The notes under the pieces: model-generated
Seen by the model: only the letters and a program-made list of their open reading frames with translations
Database searches by the model: none
What the model was told of the DNA's origin: nothing
Assembly (NCBI GenBank): GCA_963769935.1
Contig: CAVYNY010000033.1
Coordinates: 29,621 to 93,620 of the forward strand
Origin: an uncultured delta proteobacterium
Lineage (GTDB): Bacteria > Desulfobacterota > Desulfobacteria > Desulfobacterales > JAFDCJ01
Direction: 5' to 3'
DNA: 64,000 bases
Made by a program: the position numbers and the translations under genes
Shown: positions 20,608 to 29,236 of the stretch, piece after piece
How positions within the stretch are numbered: position 1 is the first letter of the stretch
Layout of the letters: each line of letters begins with the position of its first letter

Positions 20608-20962
20608 ATTTCCTTCCTGCGCCCTGTGAAGCCGGGCAGGTCCTTCTAAAGCTTTTATTCTAAATGATTCCGAGACTTGGGAAAGTTAGACGAACGCGGC
20701 AATAGCAAATTAGACTTAGTTTCAAATCATAAAGTTGTCAATTTATTATTTATTGGGATCTGTTTTTGCCCTCCGACGAACACAGAGTTTAGCCGATAAT
20801 AAGGTGCCTTTCTTCATAAAATACATGATTTACCCTATTTAAATCAGAATGAAATTGGCTAATTTTGGACAGTTGATTACGTTGTTGGAAAGACCGGTCC
20901 TTAGGCCGGGGGTGTTCACTAAGCTCAACGAAAACCGATTTAAAGACAAAGGAGGCATTAAC

Positions 20963-21460
20963 ATGCAGTCATTACTTCACAATAACAAATTGGTTGCAAT
21001 CCTGGTAGCATGCGGATTTGTTTATTTCCTTGGAATTTCGCAGGCCCTGGCACAGTCGGATACCTCGGCAGAGAAGACGCTGATTCAAGGTGTTGATCAG
21101 ATGATGGCCGGCAAACAAATGTTGATCAATGCTCTGCAGAAACAGATGTTGGATAAAGACCCTAAGTTAGAAAATGGAATAAATTTGCTTAACGACGGTG
21201 AGAAACTGGCCATGACGGGCAAGAATCTGATGAAGGAGAAAGCCGAAAGCGGAAAAATAAAAGGCAAAGAGGAAATTATGAGCGGGACCTCCAAAATGAT
21301 GGAAGGCAAGGATGATATCATGAACGAGTTGAAGGCCAGGGGGATGATGAAGGAAGGCAACCTCAAGGAGGCTGAAGTAGACCTTAAAAACGGAGATAAT
21401 ACGATGATGGATGGAAAGAACAGGATGATGGATGGTTTCAAAAATATCGATTGGGACTGA
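20963..21460 (+). CDS. secreted Met-rich helical repeat protein
   Basis: RBS GGAGG; signal peptide ending ALA; repeated MMxGK-like heptads. Confidence 0.75.
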   Translation: MQSLLHNNKLVAILVACGFVYFLGISQALAQSDTSAEKTLIQGVDQMMAGKQMLINALQKQMLDKDPKLENGINLLNDGEKLAMTGKNLMKEKAESGKIKGKEEIMSGTSKMMEGKDDIMNELKARGMMKEGNLKEAEVDLKNGDNTMMDGKNRMMDGFKNIDWD

Positions 21461-21720
21461 AGCACGGCTTTCCTTCAGATTTGACAGGCCGCACAGGGGC
21501 GGTGCATATAGGCCACGTCAATCCATCGCCATCGGAATGGGTTACAGGGGCTGGAAGCGCCCGAAACGGTTTCCAGCCCCTTTTATTTCCGGAAGCCGGC
21601 ATGGCAAATTTTTATCCGTGATTTATCGGTTTTCTCAGGCACCAAATCAAGATACGATACCCATGTTCTTTGCGTAAAACCGCTGTCTTAAAGCCGTTGC
21701 TCCATGCATTGGAGCAATTT

Positions 21721-22140
21721 TCATTTTGTCCGCCCCAGGTTGTCGGTAAAATAATCCGGGTATAACTGCCTGGCACAATCAGGACAAATGCTATGGGAAA
21801 ATCGGGCCAGAGAATGCTTGCTGATGTAGTTTTCCATTTCCTCCCATTGGTCTTTGGCGTTCCTGATTTTTTTACAGTTGGCACAAATCGGTATGAAACC
21901 CTCTAAGATCCTAATCCGCTTATATAATTTCTTAAGCAATCTGATTTGAAGTACCATTACAATTAGAAAAATTGATAGTTCAATTATAATTTCACCGATT
22001 CTTTGTGAATATGACGTGGGGGCATCATTAAATATATAATGAGGAATGTCTATAATTTCATTTCCCACTGTTAAACACAAAAAGAGTACAACCACAACAA
22101 GCTGCGTGATGGCCAACATTCGGGCTGTTTTATTTTTCAT
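21721..22140 (-). CDS. membrane protein with a C-terminal CxxC...HxxCxxC Zn-binding tail
   Basis: Two TM helices, then LEGFIPICANCKKIR..W..ME.YI..HS...FSHSICPDC, a tail often found on signalling proteins. Confidence 0.8.
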   Translation of the reverse strand: MKNKTARMLAITQLVVVVLFLCLTVGNEIIDIPHYIFNDAPTSYSQRIGEIIIELSIFLIVMVLQIRLLKKLYKRIRILEGFIPICANCKKIRNAKDQWEEMENYISKHSLARFSHSICPDCARQLYPDYFTDNLGRTK

Positions 22141-22400
22141 GTTAAAGCCTCTCCAGATTAGCGGTCGACTGTGCCGGTATCTTATTGCCGGCTGCTCATC
22201 TCGCCTGCGCTTTTTCTTTATCACTCCTGAACACAGGCCTTCACCGGCTTCATCCGCCGCCGCAGGATTCGCAAATAGGGTGACTTTCCTCCTAAAATAT
22301 ATGAGCGAACCTGTTTAAATCGGCAAAGAATCGAATAGCTTCCGGGCTGTTAAAAAATTGAGGTGCCCAAAAGGCCAGTGTAATTCTAACTAAAATTGAT

Positions 22401-22547
22401 TGAAAAACAAGGGACCACGAGGAAAATATTAGCGGGATCTCCCGGATGATGGCGGGCAAGGATGAGACTATGAATGAATTGAAGCCCGCAGGCATGATAC
22501 AGGAGGGCAACCTCAAGCCGGCTGAAGCAGACCTGAAACAAGGGTAA
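22401..22547 (+). pseudogene. diverged gapless copy of the 3' part of the Met-rich gene
   Basis: Aligns without gaps to 21251-21397 (offset 1150); 33 mismatches in the first 140 nt by hand count; bounded by stop codons. Confidence 0.8.
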
Positions 22548-22563
22548 GGTACAGGCACTAAAT

Positions 22564-22927
22564 TTATCCGGCGCGTGTGCCATTCGGCAGCGGGATTTCA
22601 GGCATCGCTAAAACCGGCGTTAATCCGTCAGCGTATCCGATGTCAAACAACATCCCTTCGGAGATTTCGCCCATCATCTTTTTGGGTGCCAGATTGACGA
22701 CGAATAAAGCTTGTTTGCCCTCGATTTCTCTCGGGTCCTGCCTTTCCTGCTTCATTCCAGCCAAAATTTTTCTTTTGTGATCACCGAAATCAACAATCAG
22801 CCGTACCAATTTCTCAGCGCCTTGGACATCCTCAACCAATTCAATTGTCCCTGACGCGAATATCAATTTTTTCAAGAATGTCAAAGGAAATAGCCGGTTT
22901 TATGGGAGCAACTTCTATTGTTTTCAT
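22564..22927 (-). CDS. tRNA-binding domain protein (CsaA/Trbp111-like), 1-nt frameshift at ~22852
   Basis: MKTIEVAPIKPAISFDILEKIDIRV/GTIELVEDV..AEKL..L.VDFG, FVVNLAPKKMMGEISEGM, P.PNG; RBS GAGG upstream. Confidence 0.85.
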
Positions 22928-22959
22928 ATGATCATCACCTCTTTGAACTGTTTATATTC

Positions 22960-23026
22960 GCTTGACGCTTGGCGTTGCCGACGCGCGGCGGTCTATCGCG
23001 CGTCAGTGTAACTGTCTGGGTTGGCG
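22960..23026 (-). mobile_element. degenerate attC-like site
   Basis: Minus strand CGCCAAC...TGACGCGCG-loop-CGCGCGTCG...GTCAAGC; the R' box has GTC instead of GTT. Confidence 0.5.
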
Positions 23027-23033
23027 ACGTTTT

Positions 23034-23144
23034 TTATTTTATTGAAAAACGTATTGCAACGTTGCGAAACGATTCACGGATGATACGTGCAAGAATATCA
23101 AGATCATCCAAGGTTGCTTCTCGAATCATAGCAAATTGGTTCAT
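23034..23144 (-). pseudogene. truncated GNAT acetyltransferase cassette
   Basis: MNQFAMIREATLDDLDILARIIRESFRNVAIRFSIK* is a GNAT N-terminus only, lying between two attC-like sites. Confidence 0.65.
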
Positions 23145-23152
23145 AGCAATAC

Positions 23153-23224
23153 TGCCAACGATAGCCGTCAGCCGCTCACGTGAAGCGCCGCTGGACGCGA
23201 GTCGGCTGGGCGCCTGTGTTGGGC
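23153..23224 (-). mobile_element. attC site
   Basis: Minus strand GCCCAAC...CAGCCGACTCGCGT-loop-ACGTGAGCGGCTG...GTTGGCA, 72 bp, with one extrahelical base in the inner stem. Confidence 0.75.
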
Positions 23225-23339
23225 GGCAATCAGTAATTCCAAACGTTTTTTAAGTTGCGATTTGCTTTTCCGGTACATCCATTGAGCGTTGTCAGCGGGG
23301 TATAAGCAGGCCGGCACCCAGCCGCAACAAGTTCCAGAC

Positions 23340-23474
23340 ACCGAAGTCGCGCTCGAAATCCCAACCCATTGCCTCAGCGATTACCTTAAAATCCTGGGCG
23401 AGCACTTTGAGGTGCCCAAAACGAAAGGCCGCTCCCCAATGAGCCTTGTTTTTGATAAAGGAAAGTTTGTCGAG
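23340..23474 (-). pseudogene. C-terminal remnant of an EVE-domain protein
   Basis: LDKLSFIKNKAHWGAAFRFGHLKVLAQDFKVIAEAMG, with no start codon. Confidence 0.65.
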
Positions 23475-23481
23475 TCAAGAA

Positions 23482-23913
23482 TCACGTTTCCGACACTGCC
23501 AACCCAACGAGCGATTTTATTACATCAGGAAAGTCAGAAGAAACCGCTGGTCCGACCTCGTCGCAACCGGGTCCGGTTGCCTCCACGGCATAGGTCACCT
23601 TAGTGCGATGTGCGCTCAGGCGTTCGATCCGATGGGCGACAACAATAACCAACTCGCCGACCCGTGTCTCATCGACAAATAGCTCATTCTCGCGAACTTC
23701 AATCAACCGTGTCAACAAAGGTTCCTGCCCGGGCGGAGTCATCGTAAACTCAGTTCCCACAGCAAACGGCCCTCTCATCTCAATCTGCTCGATGCCCGCA
23801 TTCCACTTTTTCCATCCAGGCACATCAACGAAAAGGCGCCAAATTTCCTCCGGCGATGCCGAAGTCTCGATGCTGTATTCATAACACCACTTGTCTTGTT
23901 GATGTAGTTTCAT
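23482..23913 (-). CDS. SRPBCC/polyketide cyclase-dehydrase family protein
   Basis: SIETSASPEEIWRLFVDV..W..WN, GPFAVGT.F; RBS GGAG upstream. Confidence 0.88.
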   Translation of the reverse strand: MKLHQQDKWCYEYSIETSASPEEIWRLFVDVPGWKKWNAGIEQIEMRGPFAVGTEFTMTPPGQEPLLTRLIEVRENELFVDETRVGELVIVVAHRIERLSAHRTKVTYAVEATGPGCDEVGPAVSSDFPDVIKSLVGLAVSET

Positions 23914-23997
23914 ATTGATTTCTCCATTTATGAAAATCTAACCCGTTATGATGAATCATGTTATTCGGAGCTCTTTTCTCTTCTTTATGAAATCTTG

Positions 23998-24466
23998 GGG
24001 ACGGGCATTGATTTATTGGCATAAATTACCCCATCAATCTAAGTTCCTTTTCTTTTACAATCTTTTCGTCCCGTTTTACCGACTGGCTGGCCGTAGTAGC
24101 TTGTGAAATGCCAAGCTTTTAGGTTCGTCTCCTTTAATCCGGTCTTTGCCACCACGCACTGCTTTGCCCGCCCGCCAACCGCCAATGCTGCGAATTAGAC
24201 ACCCTCCAACCAATTCAGGCCTTTTACCGCCTCTAACGGCATTATTTACAAAGGAATCACAATCTTCATGGTCCAAAAAATATTTTCCGGCGTTCGATTC
24301 CGCGAATTATAATATGGTGTAGCGCACGCGCAGCATCAATTCTGGTTTTTCGTGGCATGTCTGTTCAAATATCCGCCTGCTTCCATCTGTCAATCAATAA
24401 ATCAATACCCGTCCCTAATATTCCCCTAATATTCCCTATAAATCAATACCCGTCCCTAATATTCCC
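23998..24466. mobile_element. relic element: 21-bp inverted repeats enclosing a fragment resembling a REP-associated tyrosine transposase C-terminus
   Basis: GGGACGGGCATTGATTTATTG (23998-24018) versus CAATAAATCAATACCCGTCCC (24395-24415), 20/21 complementary, with the right end partly duplicated at 24438-24466. Internal peptide GKRPELVGGCLIRSIGGW...KGDE. Confidence 0.6.
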
Positions 24467-24637
24467 TTGGGCTTCAAACCCACTCCACATATGGAACTTT
24501 TGGGACGCCCATAAAATTATAACATTAGTGGCAATCACAAAGAGAAACTTATAATTTAATGTCCTTGATATTTCTTGTTGTGCAAACTTGAAAGGCCTTT
24601 CAGCCCGCTGGCTATCCACAAACGTTCAATCAAAGAA

Positions 24638-25003
24638 ATGATGAAGATGAAAAAGCGACTCCGTAAGAAAAAGCACCTTGGTGAGTTTGCTGAGTGGGGA
24701 CGGCAATTCGTCATCACGAGAAATCGCAAAGACGGATTCGACGAATTCCTTGGCGCTTTCATCAAGGAAGCCATTGAATCTAACGGATGTTACTGCGGCG
24801 GTGGCGGAAAGGAAGACAAGCTGATTATGGTAGTGGAGCTTGGCCGCCGCTCGAACGATCCTGAAGCCATAATGAAAAAGATTACTGCATGGCTCGATGC
24901 TCGATCTGATATAGAGAACTGGAGGATGGGCGAGGAGTTTGATCTCTGGCACGGGAACTTGCAGGATATCGAAGACGAGATCGAACAGCAGGATTCAGCC
25001 TGA
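24638..25003 (+). CDS. yggL: YggL (DUF469) family protein, in a gene cassette
   Basis: KKRLRKKKHLGEFAEWG, FDEFL.AFI.EAIE.NG...GGGG, WL..R, D.W; flanked by GTTCAAT and an attC site. Confidence 0.85.
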   Translation: MMKMKKRLRKKKHLGEFAEWGRQFVITRNRKDGFDEFLGAFIKEAIESNGCYCGGGGKEDKLIMVVELGRRSNDPEAIMKKITAWLDARSDIENWRMGEEFDLWHGNLQDIEDEIEQQDSA

Positions 25004-25087
25004 CACCAAAAGCCGGCGCGATTTAGAGCCCAAATCGAAACGCCTGTGCAGGCAGGCTTTTTGTGCAGCTGGTCCTGGACGTTCTAC
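24980..25087 (+). mobile_element. attC site
   Basis: ATCGAAC...CAGCCTGACACCAAAAGCC-loop-GGCTTTTTGTGCAGCTG...GTTCTAC; ATCGAAC is complementary (6/7) to GTTCAAT at 24624, the start of the cassette. Confidence 0.7.
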
Positions 25088-25097
25088 TTCTTGAATC

Positions 25098-25125
25098 TTG
25101 ACAAAATTATTGTTTGTTGTACAAT
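25098..25125 (+). promoter_or_regulatory. sigma70 promoter of the TA cassette with an overlapping palindrome (possible operator)
   Basis: TTGACA-16 nt-TACAAT; the TTGTACAA palindrome overlaps the -10 box. Confidence 0.6.
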
Positions 25126-25155
25126 TGTCACATTGTCAAATTCGGGAGGCAAAAC

Positions 25156-25548
25156 ATGGATATTGTAATTGACACATCTGCATTAATTTCGGTGATTGTC
25201 GGTGAGCCTGAACGTAAAAGGATCATCGAAGTTACAACAGGGAACACACTTATTGGACCTGGCTCTATTCCCTGGGAAATTGGTAACGCCTTCTCAGCGA
25301 TGTTCAAACAAAAAAGGTTGACCCTTGAGGAAGCTAAAAAGGGGTTTTCAATTTTTAAAAGCATCCCCCTCCGCTATATCGATCCAGATTTTGCTAATTC
25401 CTTAAAATTGTCTAAACAGGCTAATATTTATGCATACGATGCTTATTTTTTAGATTGTGCTATCAGACATAAGGCACCTTTATTGACGTTGGATCGAAAG
25501 TTGAAGGACTCTGCTCAAATTCTCAAAGTTGAAACTATGGAGGTTTAA
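25156..25548 (+). CDS. vapC: type II TA toxin, VapC/PIN domain
   Basis: IVIDTSALI, WEIGNA, IYAYDAYFL, LLTLDRKL; RBS GGAGG upstream. Confidence 0.92.
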   Translation: MDIVIDTSALISVIVGEPERKRIIEVTTGNTLIGPGSIPWEIGNAFSAMFKQKRLTLEEAKKGFSIFKSIPLRYIDPDFANSLKLSKQANIYAYDAYFLDCAIRHKAPLLTLDRKLKDSAQILKVETMEV

Positions 25549-25549
25549 A

Positions 25550-25768
25550 ATGCAAATTTACACATATTCAGAAGCCCGGCAAAAACTCGCTATGGTTCTT
25601 GAAAAAGCGGAAAGCACGGGGAAAGTACTAATCCGCAGAAAGGACGGTAGGACCTTTGCATTGGTTCCAGAAAAAATTTCTTCTTCTCCCTTAGACGTTC
25701 CAACCATTAAGGCGAATATTACAACACAAGAAATAGTGGATATTGTTAGAGAGGGAAGAGAAAGGTAG
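25550..25768 (+). CDS. type II TA antitoxin, Phd/YefM family
   Basis: MQIYTYSEARQKLAMVLEKA...G.VLIRRKDG..F.L.P; lies downstream of the toxin. Confidence 0.9.
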   Translation: MQIYTYSEARQKLAMVLEKAESTGKVLIRRKDGRTFALVPEKISSSPLDVPTIKANITTQEIVDIVREGRER

Positions 25769-25836
25769 AACGAGGGCATGCAGATGGATTTTGAAAAGCC
25801 AGCGCTTTTCAAAACCACTTATGCCCGGCATTAGCA
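25765..25836 (+). mobile_element. attC site with a mutated R' box
   Basis: GTAGAAC-GAGGGCAT...TTTTGAAAAGC-CAGC-GCTTTTCAAAA...ATGCCC-GGC-ATTAGCA; GTAGAAC is the exact complement of GTTCTAC at 25081. Confidence 0.75.
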
Positions 25837-26014
25837 CCATACTATTTATAAATTTCGTAAGGGATAAAATCTTTCGGCTAATCGTTGACAAACCCTTAAT
25901 TGAAACCTTCCCAGCTGATTTAAGATGGGTAGATTCATAAAAACTCACTGCTGCTCGCAGCCTGGAAGGGTTCAACTTTGGGGAGATCCGAATTTTTTAA
26001 AGGAATTAGTCGAC

Positions 26015-26845
26015 TTGAAAAAGCAAAAATCCTCCATCAAGAACGACAAAGTTCACAGCCCGCACCTGGTCGAGCGAAATGTCACGTCCTGGGAAGACTT
26101 TGTCCGGCTCGTTTCCGTTAAGCCCCTCAGAGATTGGGCTTTTCGCGGACAAAGCGAGGCCGGATGGCAGCTGTGGCCCAAGATCAGCCGCGAGCTCCGC
26201 AACCGGCGGGTAGCGCCCCGATACTGGAAGGAACAGGAGCACAGACTCATCTGGATTTTCCAGCGCAAGGCGATTCACTTTCTGGACAAAGTTCCCGATG
26301 TCGGAGACACACCGCAGTGGATGGCACTCATGCAGCACCATGGTGCTCCGACACGCCTGCTGGACTTTACCTGGTCCCCCTATGTAGCCGCTTTTTTTGC
26401 TCTCGAATCCAGCGTTTCAGACGCTGCCGTCTGGGCCATCAACGCCCCGCAGATCGGCACATTCGCTTACGGGCCTCACTTCAAGATCGCCCAGCGGCCG
26501 CCAAGTCCGGAACAGGCACTCAGCGAAGTTGGAATTAAGGAATTGGATGCCGTCGCCATCGGAGAACCCTATTTCAAAAACCGGCGTGTTATTGCCCAAT
26601 CCGGAACCTTCGCCTTCCCCTTTGACATTAAACGGCCCATCGACGCGATACTTTCAAGATCCGAAGGCGTCATAGAAAAGTTAGTGCTTCGCGGACCGGG
26701 ACTCCGCAAAAAGGGTCTCGGCGAACTTTATCGGATGAATATCACCTACGCCACACTCTTTCCTGATCTGGACGGCCTCGCCCGTTCGCTTGCTTTCGAA
26801 CTGGAGCACCATTATGCTTTCGATCCTACAGAGAAGGAGACCTAG
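26015..26845 (+). CDS. FRG domain-containing protein
   Basis: WAFRGQS, ALMQHHGAPTRLLDFTWSPYVAAFFA, NRRVIAQSGTF, LYRMNITYATLFPDLDG. Start is either TTG 26015 or ATG 25925. Confidence 0.92.
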   Translation: MKKQKSSIKNDKVHSPHLVERNVTSWEDFVRLVSVKPLRDWAFRGQSEAGWQLWPKISRELRNRRVAPRYWKEQEHRLIWIFQRKAIHFLDKVPDVGDTPQWMALMQHHGAPTRLLDFTWSPYVAAFFALESSVSDAAVWAINAPQIGTFAYGPHFKIAQRPPSPEQALSEVGIKELDAVAIGEPYFKNRRVIAQSGTFAFPFDIKRPIDAILSRSEGVIEKLVLRGPGLRKKGLGELYRMNITYATLFPDLDGLARSLAFELEHHYAFDPTEKET

Positions 26846-27058
26846 AAAAGCCGTGAGATAATTGGGAGACAAAAGAGAAGGAGGAAGCCTGCCTCAACCT
26901 GCCGGAGCCAAATGGTGGCACGAAATTATTAGAGTCTTAATTTGTCCTTTTTAGTTCCGGCTTGTCCGGGTTAAGGCAGATTCCGTGAAGCTCAATGATA
27001 ATAGCTACTGGCTCCGGGGATGCGCGATGATAAAGGCGTCGGCGGCGGGAGAAGAAAA

Positions 27059-27547
27059 ATGATTCGTCAGTGTCAGGAATCGGATTTCAATACCATACTC
27101 GAGATCATTAATGATGCAGCCCAGGCGTACAAGGACGTCATACCCGCCGACCGGTGGCATGTGCCTTACATGTCTTTGGAAGAGCTTCGTCATGAAATTG
27201 AAGACAATGTGGTTTTCTGGGGCTTTGAGCTGGAAGGCGACCTGGCGGGTGTGATGGGCATTCAGGATAAAGGCGATGTCACCCTGATTCGACATGCGTA
27301 TGTTCGGACGCGCATGCGGCAGCAGGGTATCGGCGCCAGGCTGCTCAATCACCTGGAAAGCACGACCCGCAAACCGATCCTGATAGGAACCTGGAAGGCG
27401 GCAACCTGGGCAATCTCATTTTATGAAAAGAACGGCTACACGTCCGTTTCGGAAATAGAAAAGAATCGGCTTCTGCGCAGGTATTGGTCTATTCCCGAGC
27501 GGCAGATCGAAACTTCCGTTGTCCTGGTGAAGAAAGAAAACGCGTGA
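27059..27547 (+). CDS. GNAT family N-acetyltransferase
   Basis: AYVRTRMRQQGIGARLL motif A; AISFYEKNGY. Confidence 0.92.
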   Translation: MIRQCQESDFNTILEIINDAAQAYKDVIPADRWHVPYMSLEELRHEIEDNVVFWGFELEGDLAGVMGIQDKGDVTLIRHAYVRTRMRQQGIGARLLNHLESTTRKPILIGTWKAATWAISFYEKNGYTSVSEIEKNRLLRRYWSIPERQIETSVVLVKKENA

Positions 27548-27564
27548 TAGAAAGAAGTAGCTCC

Positions 27565-28301
27565 TGCAGGGGCAGTTTTTAAACACAGATTCCGTGATAC
27601 AAATGCCTAAATTGCCTGAAATGTCTAAAATGCCTAAAATTAAGCCTTGCCGGAGAGGAATATGAACATTATTGAATCTCCCTCATCCCATTTCCGACAG
27701 GGGCGGCGGTCGGATATCGATACGATTGTTGTTCATTATATCAGTGCGGTTGATATCAGCCCGGACGATCCGTTTAATCTGGAACAAATTTTGGACTTGC
27801 TGCGAAAACCCATCGAATATGCAGCGGATGGCGGACAGCTCAAATCGGTGAGAGTTTCTGCGCATTATCTGATTACCAGGCAGGGTGATATTCACAAACT
27901 TGTCGATGAACAAAATGTGGCCTGGCATGCTGGCCTTAGTTCTCTCAGGGGGCGTCAGATAGGCAACAGCTGCAATGAATTCAGCATTGGAATCGAACTG
28001 ATGGGCGGGAAGAATTTTGACTACACCGATGAAGAATACCAGGCCTTGATTGAATTAATCCGGGATATTCGAACCCGGTATAAAATAGCCGAAGAAAATA
28101 TTGTGGGCCATGATTTTATCGCGCCGGGCAGAAAAGAAGATCCCGGGCCGCATTTCGATTGGGACAAGGTTCTGGCAGGGGTTTGAGTGAAGAGCCTTCT
28201 TCTGAGACCGAGTTTGGAAGGAGTGGCCTTTGCAGGGGCAGTTATTATATAAAGATCCCATGATACCAATGCCTAAATTGCCTAAAATGCCTAAAATTAA
28301 G
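27565..28301 (+). repeat. imperfect 70-80 bp direct repeats (27565-27644 and 28231-28301) flanking ampD
   Basis: Both read TGCAGGGGCAGTT...AGAT.CC.TGATAC.AATGCCTAAATTGCCT...AAATGCCTAAAATTAAG and differ by one 9-mer unit. Confidence 0.8.
27662..28186 (+). CDS. ampD: N-acetylmuramoyl-L-alanine amidase (AmpD type, Amidase_2)
   Basis: IVVHYIS, VSAHYLI, AWHAG.S, CNEFSIGIEL, IVGH..IAPGRKEDPG. Confidence 0.9.
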   Translation: MNIIESPSSHFRQGRRSDIDTIVVHYISAVDISPDDPFNLEQILDLLRKPIEYAADGGQLKSVRVSAHYLITRQGDIHKLVDEQNVAWHAGLSSLRGRQIGNSCNEFSIGIELMGGKNFDYTDEEYQALIELIRDIRTRYKIAEENIVGHDFIAPGRKEDPGPHFDWDKVLAGV

Positions 28302-28465
28302 GTATTCTGTCTATTTGAAGCGATAGTCCACAGGCGGGTTTGCTCATTCTTGTCCGCCAGTTTTTAGGCGGGTTAGTCATTTTCAATTTTCGTACATTCA
28401 TAAAAATAAAATACAACCACTTAATTACCACCGACAACAAATTATCGATGGTGATTGAAAAACAT

Positions 28466-29167
28466 CTAAGAACCTGATTTCCTGATGTCTGCTTTCCTTT
28501 CTCTTCGATTCGAACTTTTTCTACGGTCGCTGCGCAACCTTCTATCAAACTTTACCCCGATTCCGTTGGGGCTCAAACGCACCACCCACCCCTTTATATT
28601 GACATCTTTACACGATTGATCCCCTTGAATATAAAGATTGATCATTTGTCCCAGAGACATTTTGGTTTTGGTCTGGATAAATGCGCCGCCGCGGCTGATA
28701 TCAGTTACCAACCCCTTGTATTCGGTGTCTTTTGTGATGAATACAATCTCTTTGCGGTAAAGTTCCCTCAGGTGCGCGCGGGGTTCGTTTTTAAATTTTG
28801 CGTGATTGTCCTGGATATTCTGTCCGATCAATTTGCTTTTATCTATGGATTTAACAAGAGGATTGACGGACTCCTGAAACTTTGCGCCATAGCCGTATCG
28901 GTAGGCAGAATTCTGTAGATTTTGGCGCCATTTTATTTCAACCCGGCTGCAATCTTCAGAATTGATGCCGGTGAGCCCGGGGTTCTTATGGGCTATATAA
29001 ATTTCCTCGCCCTCATAGAGGGTTTGGTCGGATTCAAAATAAAGCCCGCTCCTGCTGATATTAAAAATTCTCGCCGCATAAAAACGGTCAGGCAATACAT
29101 TGTCATGCCAGATAACCGCCTCGTATTTGAGACGCTTTTTTTCTCTTTGATCGTTTTTGATTTCCAC
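28466..29167 (-). CDS. tandem PilZ domain protein
   Basis: RxxxR...NISRSG and RxxxR...DISRGG motifs. Confidence 0.88.
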   Translation of the reverse strand: MEIKNDQREKKRLKYEAVIWHDNVLPDRFYAARIFNISRSGLYFESDQTLYEGEEIYIAHKNPGLTGINSEDCSRVEIKWRQNLQNSAYRYGYGAKFQESVNPLVKSIDKSKLIGQNIQDNHAKFKNEPRAHLRELYRKEIVFITKDTEYKGLVTDISRGGAFIQTKTKMSLGQMINLYIQGDQSCKDVNIKGWVVRLSPNGIGVKFDRRLRSDRRKSSNRRERKADIRKSGS

Positions 29168-29236
29168 GATTGCCTCAACTGTCCGCAGTTCGCTGCGGCC
29201 ATCCGGAGAGTGTATGCCAGACCAGCAAACCGTCGC

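Noticed and set aside
21251..22547. Diversity-generating retroelement TR/VR pair
   Set aside because: Mismatches involve all four bases rather than only adenines, and there is no reverse transcriptase in the window.
22969..23603. Plus-strand ORFs 22969-23253 and 23289-23603
   Set aside because: They span attC sites and minus-strand gene relics that explain the sequence better.
24395..24466. CRISPR array
   Set aside because: Only two repeat copies with a short repetitive spacer, no unique 30-40 nt spacers and no cas genes.
26891..27050. Further attC site between the FRG and GNAT genes
   Set aside because: No convincing RYYYAAC...GTTRRRY pair with an internal stem; only a short TTCCGGCTTGTCCGGGTT repeat-like end.
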